Assembly (NCBI GenBank): GCA_030704615.1
Contig: CM060734.1
Span: 44,702,001 to 44,766,000, forward strand
Direction of reading: 5' to 3'
Origin: Takakia lepidozioides
Lineage: Eukaryota > Plantae > Bryophyta
DNA: 64,000 nucleotides
Below the pieces are notes generated by a model. The model was not told the DNA's origin and searched no databases. It saw only the letters and a program-made list of their open reading frames with translations. Shown here one piece after another: positions 36,532-50,274 of the stretch. Made by a program: the position numbers and the translations under genes. The stretch's first letter is position 1. Every line of letters begins with the position of its first letter.

Positions 36532-39500
36532 CTACTCATAGAGTCCTTCTTGCTCCCACACATCCACAAGAAAATCCACCATCTCCTGCAATTTTTTCCA
36601 AACCCAATAAGGGTTAAGTTCAGATGCATCTTGCTCAAGAAGACAAATCATAAAAGCAGGATCTACAGCATGTGAGTCTGACACAATGCAGGCAAGACAT
36701 TCGTCCATCACTTAACGGCCGGACATGAATAACTCCTCAGCTGGATGGAACCGCCTAGACCACACTTACACTCAGGAAAACTTGTGACAGATTGAATTGC
36801 TTGTCCTTGCTGCAGCCTCGAGTCCAAGACCCATGAAGAGGTGAAGAAAGAAACACTCTTCAGGCCATAACACCTGTGGGATATCAGAGCCAGTCTTGGG
36901 GTTTCTTCCCGCAGTGTAGGGAATTCAACCCCAGATTGACGTAGTCCTCAGACAAAAGAAAATGTGACAAGAATTGAAAGCTGATTTGTGCGTTGATATT
37001 GACATCATGCTAGAATTGTGTGACTCTAGCATTGCTGCTCCAGCGCCCTACCTCAAAGTACACACAAAGGTACTAACAAGTACATGCCTTGCATATTGTA
37101 GCCTCTGGCCTTTGGACCTCCCTAACACACTAACATTCAGAATATCAACTACCAGCATCAACCCCCTATGAGATTTAGCTTTACACTACAAATACACAAG
37201 CACACTACTCCACATTTGTCTGGCATTTCCTAGTGCCAGAGGAGAACAGAAAAAACTAGGTGGAAGGATATCTAGTAGAGGAAATGATATTTAACTTGCA
37301 ACAAAAAACAATGTGAGGACATTGGACTCACGGGTAAGGGAATAGGCTGTGGGAAAGGGCGGCTGGTGGCGAGCAAGTCCTCATAGGTGGTGCTCCAACT
37401 GATATCCCATGCCCCCCACCTTCAGCATTGTCAGATGCATGTTCGGTGAGAACACTTTATCAGTCACCCAAAAATTAAATAACAGCTATGTTCAATCCCA
37501 TTCATAACAAATATCAGCTAAAGTAAGATCAGCCGAACTCAAACCTACGCCGGAGTATTTCTCAGCTGAACCTATTTCAACATAGCATGTGAGCTTTGTC
37601 CACATGTATATTTGGAAGGTCTTAAATTTTGTATGATCATAGTTTATGACTACATCGGAAATCTCCACCTTGAGGAAGGTCAATCAGATCCACACTAAAC
37701 TTACCAAATAATGCAGCATCTGCTCAGCCTGCTTGTGGAGATTCACATATCAAACAAGTGGTAGTTAAGCCTGTTTTTTGTTCAGAGGTAGCTCCCCGCC
37801 CAAAGTTTAAATGTCAGTCTAGTGCCAGGGGTAGGTAGGCCCTTCAGATCATCCTTAAGGTCCTCACTCATGTCACAAACTGGAAACAAGTTCAGGAAGT
37901 TTTAACATCGTTTCGATTGGACATTCTTCCTGCTTCCAACATGTCTTACACTTCAGCCTCCAAGTCAGCTTTATCTAGCAGGGTCAGTTCTTCCTGCCTA
38001 ATATTCAGGTACTTAAGATCTCCTCTACATTTTTCCGCCAGGACAGCCTGTTTAACAGGACGGTCTTGCTTCCAAGAAATAGTCAATTGTATGAGGGTAT
38101 CTGGTATTAGGCATGCCATTCAACTGAATCCACCATCTGACCTTGAACTCATCACGTCAAGAGCTCAAGGGTGGTATTTGGCACCTCAAATACTTAGAAA
38201 ATGCGAAAATAGACAGTGTCATCCTTTCTCTTCACGAGTATCAGCCAACTCGCCCCAAACAGCCACAAAAGCTGTCACTGACATGCTCTCGTTCAGCACT
38301 GAAAGATGAATGGATTCCAAAGTTCTAGCATGGTTGAAGTTGTCCTCCCACACGGCAGATGCGTACTCCAAAGTAGGCCTAATATTACATTGCAAAGCAT
38401 GGTCCTTTTAACTTCAGTATTAAACCCTCTGGGGTGCAAAATTAAGTGAGACCCAAAGCTTTGCATTTAGCTGTTTCAAACACTTTTGGATACGCGCACC
38501 CTAGATACAACTGGAGGAAAACTCAATACCAAGATATGTGTAGGAAGGACACTTGTGACCTCAGTGGCCCCTTGAGACCACTGATCCGTCCCCACGATCA
38601 TTGAAGGCCACCACCGCGCATTTACTAGCATTTCTAGCCTCCACACGTCAAAGTACCTCTTCCCACAATCAATTAAACTCTAAAGATTGGATGGGATATC
38701 CCCTAGGCCCGCAAAGTCATCCACAAACATAAGAGCAGGTATGGTGGCATTGCCCGCCTTAACCCAAATCCCTTGCTTTCCACATCTTCAAGGAGCTGAT
38801 TACTGAGATAAAATTCATTGCTGAGGCAAGAGAAATCTGGAGGGCTGTAAGTCTGGTGGGTTTGATCCCATTGTCCACAAGCATGGTGGCGATCCTATGG
38901 TAGAGACCCTTGGACTCCTCTTTAACCTTATTTGGAAGACTGAAATGATACCCTTTTGCCGGAGACAGGGTGTTCTTGCCAATCTGTATAAGAAAGGCGA
39001 CAGCCCTTCTTACTGCAGTTGGCTAGCTCTTTTGTAGGATAAAAGGCTTGTCTAGGGTCATTTCAGAAGAACTAATGGGTTGGCTTACTTTGTGATATAC
39101 TGCAGTTCAGCAGGGCTGTCTTCGATTGTAGGAACATTTCTTTCTACTGTGTCCTTCCACTCTTTAGAAGACCCTCGCTATTTGAGTTAGATTCACGGCC
39201 AAGAAGGCTGTACTGTGTTTTGAAGGTTTTCAAAATCTCAACCATAGAAGTCACTACTGCACTCTTGTTAATCCTTGAAGCGTGTACTTGCTGGCCATTT
39301 TGCGGCCAACCAGAATCTTTCATCATTATCGCCGTGGTGGTACGGTCCAACTCTTCCCAATATACGTTCTTATGGCCTTTACTAGATTACTTTCATCTTT
39401 TCTCAGCTGGTAATATCTGAAACGGTAGAGAGAGAATGTACGCATAAGACGTTGAGCGTAGCCTTGTGTGAAATCACGCCCCCAGTTTGGGCGGAACAAG

Positions 39501-41482
39501 AGGGATCAGACACTACCTCTGTGGGGGCTCACTCCAGTAGTAGGACTCATCTTGATATAAATAATTAGTTCAGGCTTTCCAGATATCTGCTAGAAAGGGC
39601 TTCGCACAAGCATCAATCTGCTGTGTGTGAGCTGCCCAGCAATTAGACCCCCACAGGGCAGGGCTTTAGGATCAGCCTCGAGATTTTGAAAGTTGGTGAA
39701 CAGAGGTGCAGGAACAATGTTCTTGACAGACCTGAAGAGGGCCATTCTCTGCATCTGCTTTTTGTTCAAAGGTAGACTCCCCACCCTAAGTTTAAATTTC
39801 AGTCTAGTGCCGAGGGTAGGTAGGCCCTTCAGATATCCTTAAGGTCCTGCCCCATGTCACAGACTGGAAACAAGTTCGGGGAAGTTTATGCGTAATCTCC
39901 TTGTCATCAGACATTCGACATGGCTTTGGACACTTCAACCTCCAAGTCAGCTTCATCTAGCAAGGTCAACTCTTCCGGGCTAATATTCAGGTACTTGAAA
40001 GTCTCTTCTACCCTTTTCCACCCAGACTTAGCGACGTCTTGCTTACAGGAAATAGAGACGATGATCTTGGACATGCAATTCAACTGACCACACCATCTGA
40101 CTTTAACCCATGCCGTCAAGAGCTTAAGGGAGATATGCCAAAATATGGTAGAGGGAGAGAGAGAGAGAGGACCAAACTGTTATAGGTGGGGTATGAACTC
40201 AACGTTGAATTACACAGCAGCATTATTGCTAGCTACAATCCAGAACGGATATTGATTTGCTGAATTAATAGTAGCTTTTAATGATACTAGAGCGCTTATA
40301 CTGACACCAGCACTGCTACCTCTACCATAATGTAAAGAACTACAAGTCCAGTGAAGAAGATCAAGACAAATACAAACGAAAGGATCCCAAGTCCAGACAT
40401 GTACCTAATAACAGGTTCACGTGGTTGCTGGGGCCGTGGACGCTGCCGAGACCCAACCCACTCATTCCTCCTCTCTGTCCACAAGATTAATGCTGTCGAC
40501 ACAAAGACCAACCCTTTACATTAACCGACATTTTAACACTTGAACTTTTCTCCCATATTGAGTTATTTCAAGTTCACTCTAACACACCAATCAAAACCCT
40601 ATGTTCCCCTCCCAATAAGAAATCTAATAAAAAACGTTCATGCACTTCAGAAGACGAATTTTTTGAAGCTCAAAAAGCGGTTCTCATATGATACAATGAA
40701 TTTAATCTTTGTTTCTTGTACTTAGTTGTAGACCTGTAAACTGCTATCTCATCTAAATAAGAGTGAGGCCCCCTTAGCTGCACTAACCAAGCTTCAGGCC
40801 TCTGTTTCAATCCTTCAAAGCTGGTAGTTTCCACATGTTCAACTCTGATGTCCTCTTATATTGAATGAGATGAGGTATGTGCACCCTCTTCTTGCATCCC
40901 ATGTTGATGCCTGGACAAAGCTACATGTAAACAGGACCTTCCAAGACTCTTAAGCCCACTGTAAATGTAAGAGGAAAGTGCACTGCATCAGCTATCTAAC
41001 ACTTCAGATTCAAAGACCAGTAGCCGGTGAAAAGCTGGGAGACAATCAACTACTCTGTTTAGCGATCACCATATCTTCTCCTTTCACAAGTTTTGTAAGT
41101 ACCCTCACTAGGGAATCCACCCCATGTGCCTGGCCTACACCAAAGGGTCACTATTACTTCTTAAAATCACCCAAGACATGGAAAGAAAGCAAGAGAGCAG
41201 AAAGAACTTACCATGATTGACAAACACAGGGCTGTTGGCATTGCTGTTGACAGGTGCACGAGTCTCCTGGGTGTGGTTGTTGCCACTTATTGAACCTGGA
41301 TTTCTCTGTTGGCGAGAATTGTTACCATTGTTGTCCATCTCATTGGAGCTTGATGTCCACCACATGGAAGGCGGGGTCGCATGCCCCCGCGACCCCCTAC
41401 TGGACTCGTTGCTCTGCTTGTGTAGCTTCACTGGATTGTCTCGGTGGTAGGACTTAGAGAAACCTCCAAGGCAATTACTGCT
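36532..41482 (-). CDS. DUF4050-family plant protein; exons ~41482-41212, 40492-40405, 37398-37332, 36585-36532 (5' exons probably up to ~45130, not resolved)
   Basis: Spliced frame gives FVNHALILWTERRNEWVG...REPVISWSTTYEDLLATSRPFPQPIPLPEMVDFLVDVWEQEGLYE*, the conserved DUF4050 C-terminus; GT-AG introns in phases 1, 2, 0. Confidence 0.88.
37780..38790 (-). mobile_element. Degenerate LINE RT 3' fragment in DUF4050 intron
   Basis: Remnant LMFVDD..YTYLGIE..IRPTLEYASAVW motifs; 37800-38140 is homologous to 39780-40130. Confidence 0.65.
39440..40130 (-). mobile_element. Second copy of the intronic LINE 3' fragment
   Basis: Homologous to 37800-38140 and to 42910-43155. Confidence 0.65.
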
Positions 41483-42899
41483 CTGTTGCAAATACAGGTC
41501 CAAAAACAAAATAGGTGAAGTCAGTAAGAAAAAGGGAGTAACATGGGATTTCATTTGCTGTGTGCTAGCGCATGGAACCTCTAGCTAAGTTTCATAGCTC
41601 TGAATTACACAAACATTGGAAAGTGGTATACCCTGGGACTAAGCTCCCAGTCAAGGGTCCATGACTACATCACTTCTGGGCCGGGTGCAAACAGAAAACT
41701 CCCTCGGCCCCTAAACCTAATCCCTACCTAGAACACCTTTAGCCATCTTCCCTTCCGATGCATATCAACCAAGCCAAAGGAAGCCACAGGGGGAGAGCAG
41801 AAACACACCCCATACATGCAGTGCACGCAAAACAAGGAGGCCCTCAGAAGCCAGGACCAATCGAACATATAACGATTGTTGTTTCTCAAGTAGATTATCG
41901 ACCCTCGCTGCAGCCACTCATGTCTAGAATTGCATGCTGCCCTCTTCAGCCCTCATATCTTCACAGTGTCTGGCCTCTCAATCCCGGGGCGCCTCTGTCT
42001 AGAAGCCGCTGGGTGCTGCACATACTCAGCACAGCAATTTTAATCGATGATCGGAGGCAGCAGAGAAGTAGCTTGTTCACATTTTTGGACTTTGTTCAAC
42101 TGCACCATTCCGTCATCTGAAGGAGAGCTATAAGTAAAATCTAACAGATTGGAATTTAGTGAGCCAAAGGAAGGCCGACTATCTTTCTAGGTTGGAGAGC
42201 ACTTAGTACACAGGAGAGGATGATAGCATTGTAATGTCACTTAGAATTCTTGGGTGTAGGGATTCTACCCTACTTTACATCATCCTTACCATTACTTATT
42301 GACAAATTTTTGTCATCCAATCATCTGACAGCTCTTCCAAAAAGCAAGACGACCAAAATGGAAATCTAAAGAACTAGCCCAATCTCAAGAAGCCCACACC
42401 CTGCCTATCTAGTCCAAAGGCCCCTATCTAGTCCTTGGTTTCCAATAGTAACTTACGTGGCAACTCACACTCATAAATCTTGCCAATTACGTGACAAACC
42501 AGGAATGAAGGTAGAGTAAATATCAATTAAGTTGATGCAGCAGACCTCCCTTGGCAAGTCCACACAGAAGTCTCTGGGCCTACTCTACCTGGGATGCAAT
42601 CAAGTCAAGGTCTTCAAATGTCCCGGGCACAGCGGGAGTAATGCTTGCAGATCATGGCGGCATAAATTATCCATGCCAATTGTGACAAGGTTCTCAGATA
42701 TTTCAGTGTTTGTTATGTGTTCTTGTCACATAAGCTCTTCAGGCTCATCCTGAATGTTCCAAAATCGCTTCCTTTGTTTCTCCCTCTCTCTTAAGGATGC
42801 TTGCATAACAACCACAACCAGTACCACACTATAGAAAGAGGGCAAAACCTCATTTCCTTCCTCCAATCAGAATGTACTCGAAAGACTTTGTTTGCCATA

Positions 42900-43155
42900 G
42901 CCTTGTGGCCATAGACCCCACACCCAATTTCGGCGAAACAAGAGGGGACAGACACTACCTTAGTGAGGGGTTGACTCCAGTGGTGGGACTTACCTTGATA
43001 TAAAAATTTACTTTCGACTTTCCAGATTTCCACTAGAAAGGGCTTCACACAAGCATCAATCTGATGTCTGTGAGCTGCCCAGCAATTGGACCCCCACAGG
43101 ACCAGGGCTTTAGGCTCAGCCTTGAGATTTGGAAGTTGGTGGACAGAGGTGCAGG
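42900..43155 (-). mobile_element. Third copy of the intronic LINE 3' fragment
   Basis: Aligns with 39460-39715. Confidence 0.6.
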
Positions 43156-45169
43156 GACTTGTAAACTGGCAACACGAACCCTCCCCTTACCTCCCCCTCC
43201 CTCTGCCTTCTCAAGAAGGTTGACTCCTGCAGAAGCAAGCCTAACTTACGGTGTCACTTCACCCCAAAGGGCTACTGCTTTTGGTTTAGAAGGTGGACAA
43301 CCTTCTAATGGGGTCACAGAGGATACCCCAGACATTGTATCAGAAGATGGGTCATCCTTAAGGTCCTCACCCAGGTCACCACTAGAAACAAGTTCAGGGA
43401 ACCTCTATGCGTGACTTCCTCCAATTCCAATGAGACTGGGAGGTAGACGTAGAGGGCAAGCACAGCCAAATGCACCTCTATGATAACAGTGAAAGGCTTC
43501 AGAAGCAATGCTAAATGCCATATCTGTTTTCTCCTGAGACACTGGAAAGCCAAATCCTTGGAAGTTGTCGAATTACATCTTTGCAAGAAACACAATCTCC
43601 CACAAGATTCCAGTTGGTCCAATTTCTTTTCAAGTTCTCTTTATGATCTTCTCACTTTGGGCACACAGATGTGAGTTCATCCCCTGTGTAGTTCACATCC
43701 TGCAGCACACTTCAGGGATAAACCGAAGATGACTTTTCATAAGAAACCTTCTCTCTCTCATACACACACAAAGGACTAAGCATGCAGAATGGCGTTACCA
43801 AGGGCCAGCAGAACCAGTGAGCTTACCTTTGAAATTGCAAGAGTGTAGCCCCTTCTTCAACTGCTCGAGCTCGAGTTAATTGCGTAAATGCTTAGTAGAC
43901 TATGGTAACGCATATAAAAGTGTGGATGGGTGACAACTATCCCTTCAAATTGCAGGCAATTTTTGAACTGATAACCACAATCAAAATAAATACATAACAG
44001 CTCAGCCTTGGGGAAAGCTCTATGCTTTAGAGACAAATCTGAGAGAGATGACTATAGGAATGTGAAATTAAAGTTGCACAAAGTAATTGAAGACCACAGA
44101 TATAAAGCTGAGAAAAGATTTAGAAGGACTGTTCTCTAGACCATCTGTCTCAAACACTGCTTGTGTGTGAATGTTTTGGTCATCAAGCGTGTATCTCCAA
44201 GTTCAAATAAAAGAACGGAACCATAGCCAAGTAGTGTGTCTGTGTCGGGTATGTAAATGTGCGTACAAGATATCTATGGTTCTTTGCATCCGTATAAGAA
44301 GTAGGTAGGCTGCATCTTGAGTTAAATTCAATCAGACAAGAAGTCTGGAGACATTTGTTCTTGGTAAAACCAAACCAGGAATTGATGGTACGTATCTGCT
44401 ACTTTTTCCACACATCACACGCTAGCGTACACAGGCTAAACTGTGGGAGCTAATGAACAGACTGTGCCACAAGGAAGTCGCTTATACCATAAAAGAACAC
44501 TTCTTAGAATGACATGAGCTAAGAGTTTATATGCATAGAGAAGTGCAGAATAACAAAGGATCCTCTTCCAGACTCTAGACCTGAAATGACTTAGGATTGT
44601 GTGGAGCCATGGAGCTACGAAAAACAGGAGCAAGAAAGGAAAAGGGGAAATAGAGACAGAGATAAATTTCAAAACAATGAAGGAAGAGAGCGCTTGCTCA
44701 AAAGCACATCCTATTCTTGACAGGAAAGTTTTCCAGGGAAAGAGAAGGAATACGGAAAATCTCCGTAGGGTACATTGTTTATGTCCTCATCGAATGAACT
44801 CCAGAGTGGCAGGCTGCAGCTAGCGTGAGAAAGAAGAGATATATCCAAACGAAGAAATCAAGCTGACTGGACGCAAGATGGAAGGAAGAGAAACTGAAGC
44901 GAGATGAGGTGCGAGACACAAGGGACGAGAGGGGGAGACCATTCCAATGGAGCGCCACACAGAAACCAACGCGGCACAACAAACTCTTTGATCAGCTTAA
45001 GAAAGGAACGGACTTGGAGAGACAGAGCGAGGCCGGCGATGAGGGAGAAACACAGGGAAAGACAACGCAAGCACGAGAAGGAGAGACAAAAGCAGAATGA
45101 GAGTGCAGACGAAGTGAGAGAGAGAGAGGTTCAGGCAGTCTGTCGCTGAATGTGCGCACGAGCCAAATC

Positions 45170-46093
45170 ACCAAGGGCTCCACCTCGCTAGTTTCGCCAT
45201 CTCTTCCCTCGCAAATTCCTTTCTGCCAGCCAGGACTGTTGCCCTGTCGGTTCTGGGTTCAAATCTTGGCTACCACGTTTGCAAGCGGCAGTATGTATTA
45301 CATGATGATATTTAGAAAAACAAAAATCCGAAGGCAGGTAAATACCGAATGACGGTTGGCCAGCCAAGGGCTCCTACCTCGCTAGTTTCGCCATCTCTTC
45401 CCTCGCAAATTCCTTTCTGCCAGCCAGGACCGTCGCCCCGTCGGTTCTGGGTTCAAATCTTGGCTACCACGTTTGCAAGAGGCAGTATGTATTACATGAT
45501 GATATTTAGAAAAACAAACATCCGAAGGCAGGTAAATACCAGTGTTGGGTGGTTATTTGAATTTCTCTCTAATACCCGGCGGTTACCTATCCGGTTATAT
45601 ATATAGATGACCGGCGGAGGTGAAAAAATGAAGTAACCGGTCCAGTTAGGAACCGGCGGAGGTCACGCATTCAAATAACCTCTTAAAGAACCGCCCAATA
45701 CCCGCGGTTATTTGAAAACCGCCGGTTATTTGAGGTTTTTGTAAGTAACCGTAACTGCTGAGGTTATATTTAGCCATAAAAAATTTAATAACCACAACCG
45801 CGGTTAATAGTTTCCTAAAATTTGAAACAACCGGAACAGCCTGTTATGAAAAAAAATCAAATAACCTCCCAACACTGGTAAATATTGAATGACTGTTGGC
45901 CAGCCAAGGGCTCCACCTCTCTAGTTTCGCCATTTCTTCCCTCCCAAAGTCCTTTCTGCCAGCTAGGACCGTCACCCCGCTGGTTCTGGGTTCAAAACTT
46001 GGCTACCACGTTTGCAAGAGGCAGTATCATGATGATATTTAGAAAAACAGAAATCCAAAGGCAGGTAAATACCGAATGACTGTTGGCCAGCCA
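45170..46093 (+). repeat. Three ~195-bp tandem units, the second interrupted by a MITE
   Basis: CCAAGGGCTCC.CCTC.CTAGTTTCGCCAT... recurs at about 45171, 45364 and 45904. Confidence 0.9.
45540..45877. mobile_element. hAT-type MITE (338 bp)
   Basis: TIR CAGTGTTGGG(T/A)GGTTATTTGA; 8-bp TSD GTAAATAC/GTAAATAT; internal AACCG/CGGTT motifs. Confidence 0.92.
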
Positions 46094-46207
46094 ATTGCCG
46101 ATCCCCAGGGTTCCTTCCTCTCAGTCATGAAGCCACATCATTGTGACTGGCTGATAAGATGCTTGACCTTATGTTTCCTTCGCCTTATTAGTGGACTTGA
46201 AGCACAC

Positions 46208-46495
46208 CAGTGTTATTTTCTTCATATTTCCAAAATCGCTGGCGGGCCCACCTGTGGATTCCAACCAGTGCCCATTTGGCGAGAATATCGAGGTGACAAA
46301 GTTAGAAAAGTGGCTATATTCCAGGTGTCACGTTTTCATTGGTCCACGTTGGCAAGATTAGGCTCCTGAAATTTATCTCCGGGTGTTTTTTTGGCGAAAA
46401 TCTCGGATTTTACCCCCCATAATTCCCTTATACAAATAGCTGACCGAGTCTCCAGGTCGAAATCTGGCGATTTTTCGCCAGAAAGAAAAACACTG
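46208..46495. mobile_element. hAT-type MITE (288 bp)
   Basis: Ends CAGTGTT...AACACTG; 8-bp TSD AAGCACAC/ATGCACAC. Confidence 0.8.
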
Positions 46496-47103
46496 ATGCA
46501 CACCCATAATCTATTTCATGTGGGTTTCCATTGTATTCTACTCACATATTCCTGAACAGAATTTTCCAAAGGATTTCTAGAATTTGAGGGTAGATTTCTT
46601 AGAATTCGTGAGTAAGAATTGGACAGCCTGGATGACAAGTTGATCACGTGGCGCTTGCGGCTGAAATGGATTATGGTGTGGAATCGTTGGGCAGTCGGGG
46701 ATTCCAGCCTCGAAGGCTCCGACCCAAAAGTATCACCTACCGTAAACATAGCGAGTCTCATTCATACATGTAGGTTAAGATGAACACAACTAGGTTAAGG
46801 TAGCTGCGGCTAACCTAGCTAGATTTAAAGTTAATTTATCATTGAAATCTCAGCTGATGGTGGGGGGAAGGGGAAACAATCATTCGTAAGTGAGAAGTAC
46901 TTCGTCTTTCACTAAAATTGAAATGGTCATTTGATCACAAATGTGGACAAAGCTCGATAATTACACAAAGTCATTTGTGAGGTCTCATTCTATTCCTTGG
47001 CATTCGCATGTTGAGATGCAACTAATTGCAGTAAAGCATCTGCAACACGTCCAATCGGTGTAGACATTGCTAAACCCACATCTCTGTGCAATGCACGTTG
47101 TTT

Positions 47104-49143
47104 TATCGCGGCCCTTTGCCTTGAGGGCGGGGGGTCGGGACACAAGAGAGGCTGCTCCTGTGGTGGGGGCAGTGGCAGCAAATACAATAGGGGGGTGAAG
47201 CACCCTTGAGTGCTGAAGGCACTCAAGGAGGCGGTGGCGCTCACTAGATGGAGCCCCGCAAACCGGGTGGCGGTGGTGGGGGCTCCACGAGGGGTGGTGG
47301 TAGCATAGGGAGTCGTAGTGGGGGTGGCATAGGACTCACCATGATGTTGAGGCCTTGTAGTGGGAGTCGTGGGGAGTCTTGGGCCTCACCACGGTCCATT
47401 GGGGCCGTGGTGGGTGGGCCAAGACACACCACTGGAACGATCGAAGGTCTAAGTGGTGGTGCACCAGATTTGGACTGTGCTACTTGTGGAACCCCCGTGG
47501 ACACCTACAGAAGTATATATAGGGAGTAGTAACCCCGAGAACGGTGCAAGCCCGTTGGTGACCAAAAACTAGTGAGTAAGCGTTCGAGCCGGAAAGCGAC
47601 CAAGGTGTGGGGAGCTGTTCCGGACTGCCATCTACCAAAGGGAATTTCCGCTGAGCCCAACACGTCGAGGGTCGAGTGGGAGTGTGAGGGGGACCGTTAT
47701 GCCCCAGTGAGCAGCTGAAGCTCCGAGTTGGCCCGGCGGCCGGTTTGGGAGTTAGGCGCACGCATCAAAGCGAGTAACTATGACTTGAAGGGGAGTTTAC
47801 TGAAGTGAGGTGTGTAACACTTGGTACCAGAGCTTAGAGTTTAGTACGCGATCGTCCTTAAGATCGGCCTTACCGTGGGGTCGAGTAAGACAAAGCGAAA
47901 GCGGAACGACCCGAAAGACCATGATCCTGGTGAGCCCGGTGGGGGCGACGTGTCACCGAAGCGGCAAATGGAAGAGGCGATTTATGCTTCTGAAAGCGAG
48001 GTCGCTCAAGAAAGGGAGGAATTTGGGGAGTCGGAGCCCTGCCACAAAGTTGAAGACCATTTCTGGTTCTGCCATATCCACGACTTCGAGCAACAACACA
48101 TTGAAAGCCTGAACATATCCCCGAATGTCATCTGTTTGCTTCAAGTTCCTCATCTTGTCTCGGGCGAGCTAGGACGCGTTGAGGGGCACAAACTGTCTTT
48201 CCTTGAACCCACTCCAGCTCAATTTTTTTGGGTTTGGTTCTTGGTCATGAGGCGCTTCTGCCAGCATTGTTGAGCATAGCCCCTCAAATAGGTGGGAGCC
48301 ACTTCCACCCGATCCTCGTCACTCAACTTGGCCGCCCGGAAGTATTGCTCCAGCTCCAAGAGCCAGGTGTTGAGTGCCTTCCGATTTCGTACGCCCTCGA
48401 AGGTGCCGAGTTCCTTAGGCTTCACCTTAAACTTCGTCTTAGTGGAAGTGACATTAGCCACCCTCATCACGTCTTTCAACGTCTCGCCAAACTGCGCCAA
48501 CAACCCTTCCCAAAAGGCTGCTGGCATGGGAGGCATCTGTTGGTGAGCCTCTGGGACTGGCCCCATGGGCCAGGCGGAACTTGGAGGAGATGCCACCAAA
48601 GATTTTGAACGAGGCAATTGAAAGGGCTGAATGTTTCTCGAATGTCTCTTGGGGCGAAAGATAGGGCCGTATGTCGGAGCTGAATCACAAGAAGGTCCGG
48701 CGGGAGGGTGACTTCATCCGACCGGAAAATAAGTGGGATATGCCACGCGGCGACAATGGCACATGGAAATCGAAGGGAGGGCCTTCGCACGTCAAGATGG
48801 CACCCGGTGCTCCGAAAAGAAAATCAATTGCAGCGGCTTATGGCAGACAGAAGGCGACCTTTGATGGGGTGTGCTTTAATTGCGGGAAGTCCGGGCACAT
48901 GGCCAAGAATTGCGCAAAACCCCGACAATTGAACATGACTCGGGCGACCACGGAGCTGTCCGAAGACTCCATCAGCCGCTTGGTGGAGGCGATAGTCGCC
49001 AAGACTGGCAAGGTAGGCAACTACTCTTGTGAGTTGTATCAGGAGACGGGAGCCTTGCGTAAAGGAAGTCAGTTAATGTTCGTGTACGGGATAATTTCCA
49101 GAACTACCGTGTCGTTGTTGGTGGACACAGAAGCGTCGCACAC
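47104..49143 (+). mobile_element. Gypsy family C: 5' LTR (47104-47819), PBS, gag with internal inversion, start of protease
   Basis: LTR homologous to 15226-15951; PBS TGGTACCAGAGC at 47822; CFNCGKSGHMAKNC; LLVDTEASH. Confidence 0.9.
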
Positions 49144-49165
49144 TACAACAAATTGGGGGGGGGTT

Positions 49166-49817
49166 TGCGACGCCAGCCGCGCCCCCACGCCCCGCGTTGT
49201 CAAGGACGAGAACACAACAAAACACAAACAAGATATCAGACTAGAGAAAAGACTAGACAAGAAGTCAAGGTCGGCGTGGCCGAATGCATGGTAGGTGAAC
49301 ATGAATCAAGATGATCTTTATAACAATGGACAAGAGTACAAAATACAGGAACTCGACTCGGATACTGGAATGCTGGAAACTGGACTGGATACTGGAAGCT
49401 GGACTGGAGTACTGGACTTGGAACAAGAATAGCTTGAACTTATGTTGGCGAGACTGAAGAGTGTCCAGTCTCGCCTCCTATATATATTGGCTACTAAGAA
49501 GCTTTCATAAGAAGCTTCTCTTATGGAGGTTGCTGACTGGAGAAGTTTCCAAGATTAAACAAAGGTTTCTTGATGGAGAAGCTTCCTTAAGCAAATGAGG
49601 TATCTTGATGGAGAAGTTTCCTCCAAATGAAGCTTCCTGAGCAGTTTCCCAAGTTATTCTTGGTAATTTGGTAAACTTTCGGTAACTTGGTAAGTAATGG
49701 TAAATCATGGTAGATCATGGTAAATCACGGTAAGTCAAAGTAACTTTCGGTAACATGGTAACTTGGTAACTTCTGGTATTTACTCCTGGTAAGTTTCTCT
49801 GGGTTATGTCCGTAACA
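49166..49817 (-). repeat. 3' LTR of family A copy 2
   Basis: PPT AGAGGAGGGGG, then TGTTACG...CGTCGCA; internal TATATATAG, GGTAA and ACTGGA microrepeats. Confidence 0.75.
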
Positions 49818-49872
49818 TTACCCCCTCCTCTAGCGTCAAGTTGCTCGAGGAGCGTTAAAATCTTGGACTTGC

Positions 49873-50274
49873 TTAGAGTTGGAGAAAATCCAGAATCCGG
49901 CGAATGGTACGTGCCAAGTATTCGGCTCCTCGTTCTTGACTCAAATGATTTATAAGTCCCTGCAACCATCGATAGTGTCCAACACCTTGAACTTGGGACC
50001 ACGCAGTGATTTGTGCATCCTGATTTTCGAAGCTGCCTTCAAACATGATTTCGTTACCCTCTGGGTCCGAAGCCTCACCCTCCAACAAAATTATCAGACT
50101 TCGAGTAGGCTCCACTTGCCGTCGTACGGGGTCCAGACGAGGAAGCACGCGTCGCATTGATGGCCCATCGTCTTGAGAGCGTTGGCGTGATGTTAAAGGT
50201 CGTGAGAGTCGGAACGGCTGATCTGGTAGCTGGGTAAGCGACAACTCCAATATATCTGGTTCTTGTGACTCCAT
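49873..50274 (-). CDS. Extra 133-aa ORF of unknown function between pol and PPT of family A
   Basis: MESQEPDILELSL...RRILDFLQL*; the same ATG and frame are open in copy 1 (10162-10031). Confidence 0.5.
   Translation of the reverse strand: MESQEPDILELSLTQLPDQPFRLSRPLTSRQRSQDDGPSMRRVLPRLDPVRRQVEPTRSLIILLEGEASDPEGNEIMFEGSFENQDAQITAWSQVQGVGHYRWLQGLINHLSQERGAEYLARTIRRILDFLQL

Noticed and set aside
45170-46093. Repeat array as CRISPR-like
   Set aside because: Units are ~195-bp contiguous duplicates without unique spacers; eukaryotic context and no cas genes.
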